Below are positions 52,286-61,423 of a stretch of 64,000 nt of DNA, piece by piece. Both the position numbers and the translations under genes were made by a program. The DNA is from Armatimonadia bacterium (GTDB lineage Bacteria > Armatimonadota > Zipacnadia > Zipacnadales > JABUFB01), in NCBI GenBank assembly GCA_039679385.1, contig JBDKVB010000005.1, positions 271 through 64,270 on the forward strand. The letters are read 5' to 3'. The notes beneath the pieces are model-generated. The model had not been told where the DNA came from, searched no databases, and saw nothing but the letters and a program-made list of their open reading frames with translations. Within the stretch, counting starts at the first letter, position 1, and each line of letters begins with the position of its first letter.

Positions 52286-53890
52286 ATGGCGAGACCGGTC
52301 TCATGTCCGCGCCATGCCGACTTGCTCCTGGGAGCTGGTACCATGAGAGTCCGCACTGACCCCGACGCACTCGCAGAGTTCGCCACCGACGAGAGTGGCA
52401 TCTTCCAGGCCGAGGAGATCGAGGCCGTCTACTACCCCCAGTCCGAGGAGGAGCTGGCCGACGCCATCGTCAAGGCCAACGCCGAGGGCAGTCTCGCCAC
52501 ACTCTCCGGCGGCGGAACTGGGATCACAGGTGGCCGAGTTGCCATCCACGGGGGCCTGGTCATCTCCACCCAGGACCTGCGCGAACCTAGGGCGCGAGAC
52601 CTCCCACGCTACGAGGTGGAGCAGTACGGCAAGAAGTACGCCATCTATGTGGATGGGGCGGCACGGGAGGCCTACGTGCCTGCCGGTATCTCGCTGGAGA
52701 TGCTGGCGACGCTGCTGCCGAAGGATCTGCTCTACCCGCCCGATCCGACTGAGAAGACGGCCTTCATGGGCGGCACGATTGCGACCAACGCCTCCGGGGC
52801 TCGCACCTTCTACTATGGCCCGACGCGTGACTGGGTGATCGGGCTGCGGCTGGTGCTCCCGACCGGCGAGAGGATGGCCATCAAGAGGGGAGAGGTGACG
52901 GCCCGGGACGGCATGCTCACCTTCCAGTCTGAGGCCGGGACCGGGTATGCGGTAAGGGTGCCCACCTACCAGGTGCCGGAGGTGAAGAACGCGGCGGGGC
53001 TCTATGCAGCACCCGACATGGACCTGGTGGACCTGTTCATTGGCTGCGAGGGACTGCTGGGTGTCGTGACCGAGGTGCAGGTGCGGCTTGTGCACAAGCC
53101 GGAGAGCATCGTCGGTGAGATCGCCTTCTTCGCGGAAGAGGAGCAGGCACTGGGCTTCGTCGATGACCTGCGTCAGGCGGCTCGCGAAGGCACCATGCAG
53201 GTCCTGGCGATCGAGTACTTCGATGAGCACTGCCTGCAATTCATGGAGCACGAAGCGGTCGAGAAGACGGCCGGAGCAGCCGTCTACACGGAGATCGCGG
53301 GAACGCTCGACGACATTGACCCGCTGATGGAGGCCCTGGAGGCTCACGAAAGCGCGCAGGACTGGTTCGCCGAGACCGAGGACGACCGCCAGGAGCAGAA
53401 GGCCTTCCGCCATTCGCTGCCGGAGGGCATCAACAGCTACCTGCGCCGTCAGGGCACGCAGAAGCTCGGCACCGACCTCGTGGTTCCCGCCGAGTACTTC
53501 CGCGAGATGATCGAGCACTACCACGCTGCCGGCGAGGCTTTCGCTCAGGAGTACCCCCGAGAGGGCCAGCACTACCTCATGTTCGGCCATATCGGGAACT
53601 ACCATCTACACGTGAACTTCGTGCCCCACAACGCCGACGAACTGCGCTGCGCCAAGGGACTGTACGCGGGTCTCGCTCGGCGTGCAGTGTCTCTTGGCGG
53701 CACGATCTCCGGCGAGCACGGAGTGGGCAAGAAGACGATCCTCATGGACGGCGAGGAGCTGCCCTACCTGGAGATCATGTACGGCAAGGAGGGGCTACTC
53801 GAGATTGCGCGTGTGAAGCGCGTTCTTGACCCGAATCTCATTCTCAATGTGGGCAACATGGTGCCGCGCGAGTACCTGCTTGAGGTCTGA
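52286..53890 (+). CDS. FAD-linked oxidase (GlcD / D-lactate dehydrogenase family)
   Basis: FAD_binding_4-like 'LSGGGTGITGGRVAIHGGLVIS' and C-terminal 'GGTISGEHGVGKKT'. The start is ambiguous. ATG at 52286 is the first AUG after the predicted promoter; ATG at 52343 has a GGGAG RBS. Confidence 0.75.
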   Translation: MARPVSCPRHADLLLGAGTMRVRTDPDALAEFATDESGIFQAEEIEAVYYPQSEEELADAIVKANAEGSLATLSGGGTGITGGRVAIHGGLVISTQDLREPRARDLPRYEVEQYGKKYAIYVDGAAREAYVPAGISLEMLATLLPKDLLYPPDPTEKTAFMGGTIATNASGARTFYYGPTRDWVIGLRLVLPTGERMAIKRGEVTARDGMLTFQSEAGTGYAVRVPTYQVPEVKNAAGLYAAPDMDLVDLFIGCEGLLGVVTEVQVRLVHKPESIVGEIAFFAEEEQALGFVDDLRQAAREGTMQVLAIEYFDEHCLQFMEHEAVEKTAGAAVYTEIAGTLDDIDPLMEALEAHESAQDWFAETEDDRQEQKAFRHSLPEGINSYLRRQGTQKLGTDLVVPAEYFREMIEHYHAAGEAFAQEYPREGQHYLMFGHIGNYHLHVNFVPHNADELRCAKGLYAGLARRAVSLGGTISGEHGVGKKTILMDGEELPYLEIMYGKEGLLEIARVKRVLDPNLILNVGNMVPREYLLEV

Positions 53891-53921
53891 GCGCAGGCAC
53901 GAACTACCTGGGGGCCGATCG

Positions 53922-54779
53922 ATGATTCCCGAACTGATTGCTGACTATCAATGCGGCTGCGGCGAGGGCCCAATGTGGCACCCGCTGGAGAAGCGCGTGT
54001 ACTGGGTCGACATTCCGACAGGCCGACTCTTCCGCTATGATCCTGCCACCGGTCACCACGAAATGTGCTTCCAGGGGGACCAGATCGGCGGCTTCACGAT
54101 CCAGGAAGACGGCGCGCTGCTGCTCTTCATGAATCACGGAGCTATCCGCCTGTGGCGAGGAGGGGAACTGCAGACGCTGGTCGAGGAGATCGCTGAGGAG
54201 AAGGAGACGCGCTTCAACGACGTGATCGCCGACCCGGAGGGCCGGGTGTTCTGCGGAACCATGCCGACGAAGGAGCGTCTCGGCCGCCTCTACCGGCTGG
54301 ACCGTGACGGCTCGCTGCGGATCGTCCTGGAGGAAGTCGGCTGCTCCAACGGGATGGGCTTCACGCCGGACCGCAAGGCCATGTACTACACGGACTCAAG
54401 GGTGCAGCGGATCTACCGGTTCGACTACAACCGCGCGACCGGTGAGCTGAGTAACCAGACGCTGTTCGTGCAGACGCCGGAGGACGAGGGAGTTCCCGAT
54501 GGCATGACCGTCGACGCCGAAGGGTACGTATGGACCGCCAAGTGGGACGGGAGCTGCCTTGTGCGGTACGCTCCCAACGGAACCGAGGAGCGACGCGTCA
54601 CCTTCCCGGCCAAGCAGGTCTCCAGCGTGGTCTTCGGGGGCGAACAGTACCAGGACACGTACGTGACGACAGCGGGCGGCACCAAGAAGGAGACCAACGG
54701 TCCGGGAGCCGGCGCGCTGTTCCGGGTCAGCATGGGCATCCGTGGAGTGCCGGAGTTCTACTCCCGCATCGCTGTCTGA
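53922..54779 (+). CDS. SMP-30/gluconolactonase/LRE-family lactonase
   Basis: 'CGEGPMWHP...VYWVDIPTGRLFRYDP', 'NDVIADPEGRVFCGTM' and 'SNGMGFTPD' are typical six-bladed propeller lactonase motifs. Confidence 0.8.
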   Translation: MIPELIADYQCGCGEGPMWHPLEKRVYWVDIPTGRLFRYDPATGHHEMCFQGDQIGGFTIQEDGALLLFMNHGAIRLWRGGELQTLVEEIAEEKETRFNDVIADPEGRVFCGTMPTKERLGRLYRLDRDGSLRIVLEEVGCSNGMGFTPDRKAMYYTDSRVQRIYRFDYNRATGELSNQTLFVQTPEDEGVPDGMTVDAEGYVWTAKWDGSCLVRYAPNGTEERRVTFPAKQVSSVVFGGEQYQDTYVTTAGGTKKETNGPGAGALFRVSMGIRGVPEFYSRIAV

Positions 54780-54825
54780 GGACTCACCGACGCATCAGCG
54801 ACCTTCCCATCTCCATGCACAGGCA

Positions 54826-54857
54826 AAGCAGGCCACCCAGCTTCGGGTGGCCTGCTT
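54826..54857. terminator. 13-bp perfect hairpin between convergent genes (candidate bidirectional terminator)
   Basis: aagcaggccaccc (54826-54838) pairs with gggtggcctgctt (54845-54857); the loop is 6 nt. Only weak T-tracts on either strand. Confidence 0.45.
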
Positions 54858-54901
54858 CAGGTTCTGGCTGAGGATAGCTGCGACTGGACGTCGCAAGGTG
54901 A

Positions 54902-56617
54902 CTAGCGACCTGTGAAGCGCAGCTTGGTGGTCGTCTCGCCGCCGTTGAGGAGGTAGATCAGCGGCATCGGGCGATCGACGCCCTCGATGTAGGCCGGCCG
55001 CTGCTGCCACGGCGCGACGGAGAGGACGTTGGCCAGGTCCATCCAGTACTCCAGGACGGCCGGCTTAAGGCCCCAGATCATGTGGAAGTGGTTGGCGGGC
55101 GCGAACTGCTTGTACTCGCCCATGGTTGCGTACTTCGGAACGACCCAGGTGTGCGGCCAGGTCGGAGTCGTTGCCTCGCACAGCGCCTTCTCCAGCGGGC
55201 CGGGCAGAGAGGTCGTCGTCGCCTCGTCCCAGATCATGGAGAAGATGTTGCTGTCGGCGCTGTAAGCCATGCGAGCGGCGATCCCGTCGATGCCTCCCGG
55301 CGATACGAACTGCACGCAGTTGCCGCCGCCCGGGAAGTAGAAGTCCTCGGCCACCGGCATTGAGACGTTGGCCATGATCTTCTCAGGCGAATCGCCCGGC
55401 ATGCCCGCCCAGTCGAAGGAGGCGCTGCCGGAGTTGTCGCCGTCAACGAGGCCCTTGGTGCGCCACAGCGAGTTCGGCTCGACGTCGCCGAGACCAAGCT
55501 CCTCGGCCTTCTTGGCGATCTCCCAGGGTTCCCAGACCTTGCGGAAGTCCATGAACAGCGGCGGGTTGCCGCCACTGAGCCAGGAGGTGAACAGCATGGT
55601 GAGCAGGCCCTGCGTGTCCGCCTCGGTGGCGAAGGCCATCGGCTGCTTCGGGCCGTTGTGGTCGAAGCTGGAGTTGAACAGCGACTCCATGATATCGACC
55701 ACGGGTAGCGGGATACCGCGACGGTCTGAGCCCCACTCCAACTGGTTCATGAAGCCGCCGCCGACCGCGTTGAGGTCCTTGGCGAGGTCGCGCATGATCA
55801 GGTAGATGCCAAGGCTCCGGTTGAGGTTCTCGCTGGCGCCTTCGTCCGGAAGGCTGATGCGGTCGCCGACCATCTTGTCGACCCAGGCGCGGAGAGCCTT
55901 GAGCTCCTCCTCGTCCCAGGCGCGTTTGTTCAGCAGGTCGGCCATGAGCTTCATGTCGAGTCGGGTGATCTCAAGCCCGAGCAGATTGCGAGTCGGGATG
56001 ACGTGGGCCAGCGCAGTCTCCATGCCCATGCTGTCATGGCCGAAGACAACGACGCGGCGACCCTTGAGGCCGACCTTGGTCACGGCGGCATAGCACCAGT
56101 CGACGAGTGCATCGGCTGTGGACTCGGTCATCACCGGGTTCATGCCGGTGTCGGGCCAGGTGCCGACGTTGATGTGGATCATGCGGCCGTACTGGCTGAC
56201 TGCGCCACTGCAGGCCTGAACGAACACGACGCCCGGCTTTGGGCCACTGTTGCCGCAGGTCATGTTGAAGGGCGTGTCCTTGGGGAACTGCGACAGCAGG
56301 GACATGACGCTGAGCTGCGGGAAGGCCCAGGTGTCGGGGACGCAGACGAGGATGTTGACGCCCTCGGCCTCAAACTGGCGAGCGACCTTGTCGGCCTCTT
56401 TCTCGCCATCAACCAGGATGGGGGTCCATACGACCTTGACCGGCGTGCCGTCGGGCATCTTCACACGGTCGGCGAGGATGTCCGCCGTCATCTCAATGAT
56501 ATTGCGGCACCGCTGCCGAGAGTCCTCATCCACCCGCGGGTCACCACTGGCCCAAACACCGATAGTCGGCGCCTTCGATACGTGCGCCTGATTGTCTGAT
56601 AGCCGAATAGCTGGCAC
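54902..56617 (-). CDS. L-fucose isomerase-family sugar isomerase
   Basis: 'LFNSSFDHNGPKQPMAFATEADTQGLLTMLF', 'LFMDFRKVW' and 'TWPHTWVVPKY...ANHFHMIWG' parallel E. coli FucI blocks as I recall them ('[26 protein letters not shown]', 'VFADVRTYW', 'TWPTTWFAPRL...ANHGVLTIG'). GTG at 56617 is preceded by AGGAG, 9 nt upstream. Confidence 0.7.
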   Translation of the reverse strand: MPAIRLSDNQAHVSKAPTIGVWASGDPRVDEDSRQRCRNIIEMTADILADRVKMPDGTPVKVVWTPILVDGEKEADKVARQFEAEGVNILVCVPDTWAFPQLSVMSLLSQFPKDTPFNMTCGNSGPKPGVVFVQACSGAVSQYGRMIHINVGTWPDTGMNPVMTESTADALVDWCYAAVTKVGLKGRRVVVFGHDSMGMETALAHVIPTRNLLGLEITRLDMKLMADLLNKRAWDEEELKALRAWVDKMVGDRISLPDEGASENLNRSLGIYLIMRDLAKDLNAVGGGFMNQLEWGSDRRGIPLPVVDIMESLFNSSFDHNGPKQPMAFATEADTQGLLTMLFTSWLSGGNPPLFMDFRKVWEPWEIAKKAEELGLGDVEPNSLWRTKGLVDGDNSGSASFDWAGMPGDSPEKIMANVSMPVAEDFYFPGGGNCVQFVSPGGIDGIAARMAYSADSNIFSMIWDEATTTSLPGPLEKALCEATTPTWPHTWVVPKYATMGEYKQFAPANHFHMIWGLKPAVLEYWMDLANVLSVAPWQQRPAYIEGVDRPMPLIYLLNGGETTTKLRFTGR

Positions 56618-56750
56618 GATACGACGCTCCTTTGTGCTGTGTACTTGCACCTCAATACGGTTAGGTTGCCTGTGTAATTCGCTGCGGCCGGGGCGGATAC
56701 CTTCTGCGGGGCACAGAACGGGACGAAGGTCGGCTCGATGCACGAGCCTT

Positions 56751-58121
56751 CTAGGCTCGGGGCAGTCGGACGGTGAAGGTGCTTCCGCGGCCCGGCTCGC
56801 TGTCCACGGAGATCTGGGCCTGATGGTGCTCAAGGATCGAGCGGACGATCGCGAGTCCCAGACCGGTGCCTGGGATTCCGGCCTTGCGGCTGGCTGAGGA
56901 TCGGTAGAACTCCTCGAAGATGCGGTCGAGTTCGTCGGCAGGGATGCCGATGCCTTCGTCCTGGACCTGCAGCACGACCTGTTCCTGATCTTGGTAGGCT
57001 CGCAGCCAGACCCGTCCGCCGGAGTGGCTGTGTCGCGTGGCGTTGCTGAGCAGGTTGCGAACCAGGGCGATCAGCTCGGACTGGTATCCGCGCACCAGGG
57101 GCAGCCCCGCCTGGATCTCAGCCACCAGGGCAAGGCCCTGCTCCCTCGCCAGCACCTCCTCTTCGGCCACGACGCTCTCCACCAGGTGTGCGAGGCTGAC
57201 CTCCGAGGGCGCTTCGGCATCGTGGGCTTCGCGGATCTCGCTCAGGGTGAGCAGGTCTTCGGTGAGGTCCAGGGCTGCCTTCGCCCGGGCATCCGCGCGC
57301 GTCATCATGTCCTGCTGCCGTGGTGGGAGGCAGGAGGAGCTGGTGCCGAGGATGGCCTTGAGCATCATGCAGATGGCCGACAGGGGCGACTTGAGCTCGT
57401 GGGCAATCCGGCGCATGTACTCGACCTGGCTGCGCTGCGTCTCCTCCAGACCCGCGTAGGCGAGGTGGCACGACTGAGCTTGCTGGGCCAGCTCCCGGGT
57501 CAGGTCGGCCATCTGGGCCTCTCGGCGACGCAACTCCCCGGCGATGCTGCTGGCAAGGAAGACGGCGACGTAGAGCGCTGCGCCCAGGGCCAAGACCAGC
57601 GGCCAAGCCTGAGGGGAACGATAGGCGTCGCCGGTCATGGCTATTCCGAGGGAGTAGTGGCCGATCAGGCCGCGAGCCTCCAGCGCAAGCGTCACGAGGT
57701 AGGACACGAAAGCCACGGTCGCCTGGGCGAAAGCGGCCGGCGCCGTGAGGAGCATGCTGGCGATGATCATGTGGAAGACGTAGAAGAGGGACAGCGGGCT
57801 CTCGAGACCGCCGGTGAAGTGGATGACGAGGGTCAGCGCGAGCAGATCGAGGCCGATCTGGAGGTTTGCACACAGAAGCAGGTAGGGGGTCGATCCGCCG
57901 GGTCTGGGCAGGTGACGAGGACCAAGGGCCTCCCGAAGCAGCAGGTTGTATACGGCGATGAGGATGCCAAGGGCCTGAAGGGCGAACAAGGCTATCGGGA
58001 ATCGCAGCATCTGCGCCGATAGGGCGGAAAGACCCAGCACACCGGCCGCCGCAACCCACCGCAGGCTGATCAACCAGCGGAGCCGTACCAGAAGTGAGGC
58101 TTCGGACGCGGTGAGCCCCAT
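56751..58121 (-). CDS. Membrane-embedded sensor histidine kinase (RegB/PrrB-like 6-TM input domain)
   Basis: H-box 'AHELKSPLSAI'; 'LLSNATRHS'; 'GTGLGLAIVRSILEHH'. The TM region 'LVRLRWLISLRWVAAAG' and 'FTGGLESPLSLFYVFHMIIAS' resembles RegB ('LILLRWMAVAGQ', 'TGGLSNPFALLIL') as I recall it. Confidence 0.8.
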   Translation of the reverse strand: MGLTASEASLLVRLRWLISLRWVAAAGVLGLSALSAQMLRFPIALFALQALGILIAVYNLLLREALGPRHLPRPGGSTPYLLLCANLQIGLDLLALTLVIHFTGGLESPLSLFYVFHMIIASMLLTAPAAFAQATVAFVSYLVTLALEARGLIGHYSLGIAMTGDAYRSPQAWPLVLALGAALYVAVFLASSIAGELRRREAQMADLTRELAQQAQSCHLAYAGLEETQRSQVEYMRRIAHELKSPLSAICMMLKAILGTSSSCLPPRQQDMMTRADARAKAALDLTEDLLTLSEIREAHDAEAPSEVSLAHLVESVVAEEEVLAREQGLALVAEIQAGLPLVRGYQSELIALVRNLLSNATRHSHSGGRVWLRAYQDQEQVVLQVQDEGIGIPADELDRIFEEFYRSSASRKAGIPGTGLGLAIVRSILEHHQAQISVDSEPGRGSTFTVRLPRA

Positions 58122-58212
58122 GCCGTCTCGCCCCTCCGCCTGGCTCCGGTCCCCTTCTCAAGCTCTGCACCATGGAGGCCGCACCTGAGAAGGGGACCGC
58201 TCAACCAATAGG

Positions 58213-58635
58213 TCAGTGCCCCTCTTCGAGCACCTGCTTGATCCTTGTCAGGAGCAGAGAGGGCTCCGCAGGCTTATCGATGAAGCCCTGAACAGGCAGG
58301 TACTCGCCGGCCTTGTACGTACCGTCGGACTGGTCGGGGTAGAAGCGCAGCTTGGTGGTGTTGTGAATGGCGGAGAGGATGATGATGGGCGTCTCGTTGG
58401 CGGGAGCCGGGTACTCGTTGCGCAGTCGCCACACGAAGTGGAAGCCCTCGGTCCCGTCAGGCATCATCACATCCAGCAAGATCAGATCGGGTACCGACTT
58501 GTCGACTTGCTCGAAAGCCTCCGTGGCGCTCCCCGCCTCGGACACCTCGTAGTCCGCGCTCTCCAGCACCATGCGTATGGACTCGACGATATCCGGGTCG
58601 TCATCCACGACGAGGATCTTGGCGTTCTGCGGCAC
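58213..58635 (-). CDS. Stand-alone receiver-domain response regulator (CheY-like, no output domain)
   Basis: 'KILVVDDDPDIVESI', phospho-acceptor region 'DLILLDVMMPDG', and 'IDKP' conserved Lys. 140 aa. GGGAGG lies 7 nt upstream of the GTG. Confidence 0.9.
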   Translation of the reverse strand: MPQNAKILVVDDDPDIVESIRMVLESADYEVSEAGSATEAFEQVDKSVPDLILLDVMMPDGTEGFHFVWRLRNEYPAPANETPIIILSAIHNTTKLRFYPDQSDGTYKAGEYLPVQGFIDKPAEPSLLLTRIKQVLEEGH

Positions 58636-58717
58636 TTCGGCACCTCCCTCAAAGGGACATGGAACCCCAGGTCCCTGCGCACGGCATGTCAGGCTCGTCC
58701 GGCTGCGAAGAGGACAG

Positions 58718-59242
58718 CTAAGGCTCTTCCGGGTCGCGGCGCTCTTGCAGGATCTGGTCGACCAGCCGATGCACCTGCGCGATCACCTCGGTGATCGCCG
58801 TGCCAACCTGCACGCTGAGACCGAAGCCGGGCGCGATCTCCTTCGGCTGTATGCCCACGATGGTCACCGGCGGCATTTTGCCGGTCATCCCGCCGATCTC
58901 GATGACGTCGAGAAGGCCCACCTGGTGCAGGGAAGCGATCGGCTCGGCGATCTCGGCCTCCACCTCGGCGGGAGTGAACACCCGCACCGTCCCCGGCTCA
59001 GTGCCCATGTCGACGGCGTCGACGAGGACCGCCTGCTCGCGTCCCTCCAGCTCGAACACGAGGTCAAAGCCGCCGGTGCCTCCCTCCACGACCTCGACTT
59101 CCACGGGGAAACCTTCATGGGCCAGTGCCCGGGCGGCAACTACCCCGACTCCTTCGTCGCGGAGTAGCTCATTTCCCACTCCGAGCACCAGGATAGGCGC
59201 GCGTGCCTCGTCTTCGAGCGGCAGCTCGTCCTCGGTAACCAT
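58718..59242 (-). CDS. [NiFe] hydrogenase maturation endopeptidase (HycI/HoxW/FrhD family)
   Basis: 'ILVLGVGNELLRDEGVGVVAARAL' and 'AVLVDAVD' are typical of hydrogenase maturation proteases. Directly downstream of the large-subunit gene. Confidence 0.8.
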   Translation of the reverse strand: MVTEDELPLEDEARAPILVLGVGNELLRDEGVGVVAARALAHEGFPVEVEVVEGGTGGFDLVFELEGREQAVLVDAVDMGTEPGTVRVFTPAEVEAEIAEPIASLHQVGLLDVIEIGGMTGKMPPVTIVGIQPKEIAPGFGLSVQVGTAITEVIAQVHRLVDQILQERRDPEEP

Positions 59243-59300
59243 CGTCTCGTGACCTCACTGATCTCGGGCTGGTTGGCAGGCAGCGCCGGTGCTCGTGCTC

Positions 59301-60590
59301 TCACACAAACTTAACCCTCAACAGGTGCGTCGCGCAAGAGATGCAGGGGTCGTAGGCACGGACCAGCATCTCCAGGAACTGGCGGATCTCGTCCTGACTG
59401 CGGTCGAGGATCCCGGGGACGAAGGCGTGCATGTCGCGCTCGATGTTGTTGAGGTTCTGGCCGGTGGGGATGACCAGATTGGCCTCCGTGACCAGCCCCT
59501 CGTCGTTGAAGGTGTAGTCATGAATGAGCTGGCCGCGCGGCACCTCGGAGGCACCGACCCCACGACCGGCCTTGACCTCCACAGTGGGGTCTTCGAGTAC
59601 CAGCTCCAGGTCGCACAGCTTGTCGAGGATCTCGATGGCGTCCAGCGTGCACTGCACGCACTCCACCACCTGGGCGACGTTGTTCATGAAGGGGTTCATG
59701 CACCCCGACTCCAAGCCCAGGGCAGTGGCTACCTCAAGCGCCCGCGGCCGGAGCTGCCTGTGGTTGTTGTTGAACCGAGCCAGGGCGCCCACCATGTAGG
59801 AGCCCCGTTCAGTGGCTGCGTGCTTGGCGTGGGAGTGGGCCACCACGTACTCGCTGAACATCTGCTTGTACTCAGGGATGGTGACGCGTTGCCCGCGGCT
59901 GGAGATCATCTCGGTACCCCGGTACAGGGCATACTCGTCCGGATGGTACAGCGAGACGAACTCCATCTCCCGCTCGACCTGGGGCAACTGCAGCGTCTTG
60001 AGCAGGCTGACGCTGTCCATGAGGTCGTCCATGGAGGCAACAAGGCGCTCCCTGAGTGCCCGCAGATCGTCCTTGCGCGGCACATGGGGGAAGCACTTCA
60101 CCTTCATGGCACAGGGGTGGATGTGCCGCCCGGCTATCACCGCGCAGAGGTCGTTGGCCAGGCGCTTGAGCCGCAGCGCCATGATCACGACCTCCTTGTG
60201 TGTCTCCACCAGGGGCAGAACGCTGGGCACACCGAGCAGGTCCGGCGCTACCAGGTAGTACACGTGCAGCACGTGGCTCTGCAGCGTCTCGCCACAGAAG
60301 GCCAACTGACGCATGAGCAGTGTCTGTTGGCTGATCTGAATGCCCAGGGCCGCCTCCACTGCCTGCAAGGAGGCCGAGGTGTGGCCGATGGAGCAGATGC
60401 CGCAGATGCGGCAGGTGATATGGGTGACCTCATCCCAGCGCCGGCCCAGGATCATGCTCTCGTAGAAGCGGGGCGACTCGGTGATCTCAAGCCGCAGCTC
60501 CTCGATCTTGCCTTGTTTGACGTTCAGCACGATGTCTCCGTGGCCCTCAACGCGGGTGATGTCCTCGACATGGAGGTTGACGTCAGGCAT
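59301..60590 (-). CDS. hydA: [NiFe] hydrogenase large (alpha) subunit, group 3b-like
   Basis: N-terminal Ni-binding motif 'RICGICSIGH' and C-terminal 'DPCISCATH' followed by a 7-aa cleavable tail 'LLRVKFV'. 'ITRVEGHGDI'. 429 aa from the ATG at 60590. Confidence 0.9.
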   Translation of the reverse strand: MPDVNLHVEDITRVEGHGDIVLNVKQGKIEELRLEITESPRFYESMILGRRWDEVTHITCRICGICSIGHTSASLQAVEAALGIQISQQTLLMRQLAFCGETLQSHVLHVYYLVAPDLLGVPSVLPLVETHKEVVIMALRLKRLANDLCAVIAGRHIHPCAMKVKCFPHVPRKDDLRALRERLVASMDDLMDSVSLLKTLQLPQVEREMEFVSLYHPDEYALYRGTEMISSRGQRVTIPEYKQMFSEYVVAHSHAKHAATERGSYMVGALARFNNNHRQLRPRALEVATALGLESGCMNPFMNNVAQVVECVQCTLDAIEILDKLCDLELVLEDPTVEVKAGRGVGASEVPRGQLIHDYTFNDEGLVTEANLVIPTGQNLNNIERDMHAFVPGILDRSQDEIRQFLEMLVRAYDPCISCATHLLRVKFV

Positions 60591-60685
60591 GGCCCACCTT
60601 CCTTTGCATGGACGGGCTGCAGGGCAGAGGAGAGGCAAAGGCAGCGTCAGGTTCGCACAGAGCTCTCTCCGCGTCTGCCCTCCGG

Positions 60686-61423
60686 TTAGGGCAATCTGTC
60701 GTCGTAGCTGTTGAACATGTCGAAGTGCTGCATGACCTCGCGGGCCGTCAGGCCGTACTCAGCCAGAGTCTCCTTGTGGGCGTTCTGGTTGGGGTCATCG
60801 ACGAACCCCCGGCAGCCCTCGCAGCCATCACCGTAGGTCGGACAGATCGCGCCACAACCGGCCCGGGTCACCGGTCCCATGCAGAACTTGCCCTGGAAGA
60901 ACACACACACGTTCTCCTTCTTCTTGCACTCGACGCAGATCGGGTACGTGGGCAGCCGTGGCGTCTTGCCCAGGCACAGGTCGCGGACCGTGCGCACGAA
61001 CTCGCCGCGGTCGATGGGACAGCCGGGGAGTGCGAAGTCGATGGGAACCACCGCACTGACCGGGCATGCAGGGATCGTGTCGAACTGCGCTCCGGCGTCG
61101 CCGTAGACCGTCTCCTTGACCTGCCCCATGCCGTAGCGGTTCTTGAGGGCATTCAGACCGGCGTTGTGCGCACAGGCTCCGATGGGCACCAGGAGCTTGC
61201 ACAGCTCGCGGATCTGCTTGACCTTCTTCACATCGTGGTGAGTGCTGATCGAGCCGTCCACCAGGGCGATGTCGAACTCCTGGGCGGTCTCGGTCATCGC
61301 CTCACGCCAGCGCACGAGCTGCACCAGGTTGAGCACGTCCAGGAGCTCGTTCTCACACTCCAGGATGGCGAGGCTGCAGCCCTCGCAGCCGGTAAAGGAG
61401 AAGACGGCCACGGTAGGCTTCAT
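60686..61423 (-). CDS. hydD: [NiFe] hydrogenase small (delta) subunit, group 3 type (NuoB-like fold)
   Basis: 'VAVFSFTGCEGC' proximal-cluster motif and 'GACAHNAG'. Cys-rich C-terminus 'CVECKKKENVCVF...CMGPVTRAGCGAICPTYGDGCEGCRG'. No Tat signal, so the protein is cytoplasmic. Confidence 0.85.
   Translation of the reverse strand: MKPTVAVFSFTGCEGCSLAILECENELLDVLNLVQLVRWREAMTETAQEFDIALVDGSISTHHDVKKVKQIRELCKLLVPIGACAHNAGLNALKNRYGMGQVKETVYGDAGAQFDTIPACPVSAVVPIDFALPGCPIDRGEFVRTVRDLCLGKTPRLPTYPICVECKKKENVCVFFQGKFCMGPVTRAGCGAICPTYGDGCEGCRGFVDDPNQNAHKETLAEYGLTAREVMQHFDMFNSYDDRLP

Noticed and set aside
52291-52302. Perfect 12-bp palindrome gagaccggtctc downstream of the 52267 TATAAT box, considered as a possible operator.
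   Set aside because: It is a single occurrence and lies inside the probable coding region if the ATG at 52286 is used. No second half-site or repeat occurs elsewhere in the window.
56618-56833. N-terminal 72-aa extension of the FucI-family ORF, overlapping the 3' end of the histidine kinase gene.
   Set aside because: The extension is Arg/Pro-rich with no FucI similarity. The GTG at 56617 has an AGGAG SD at proper spacing, and the FucI-like sequence starts there.
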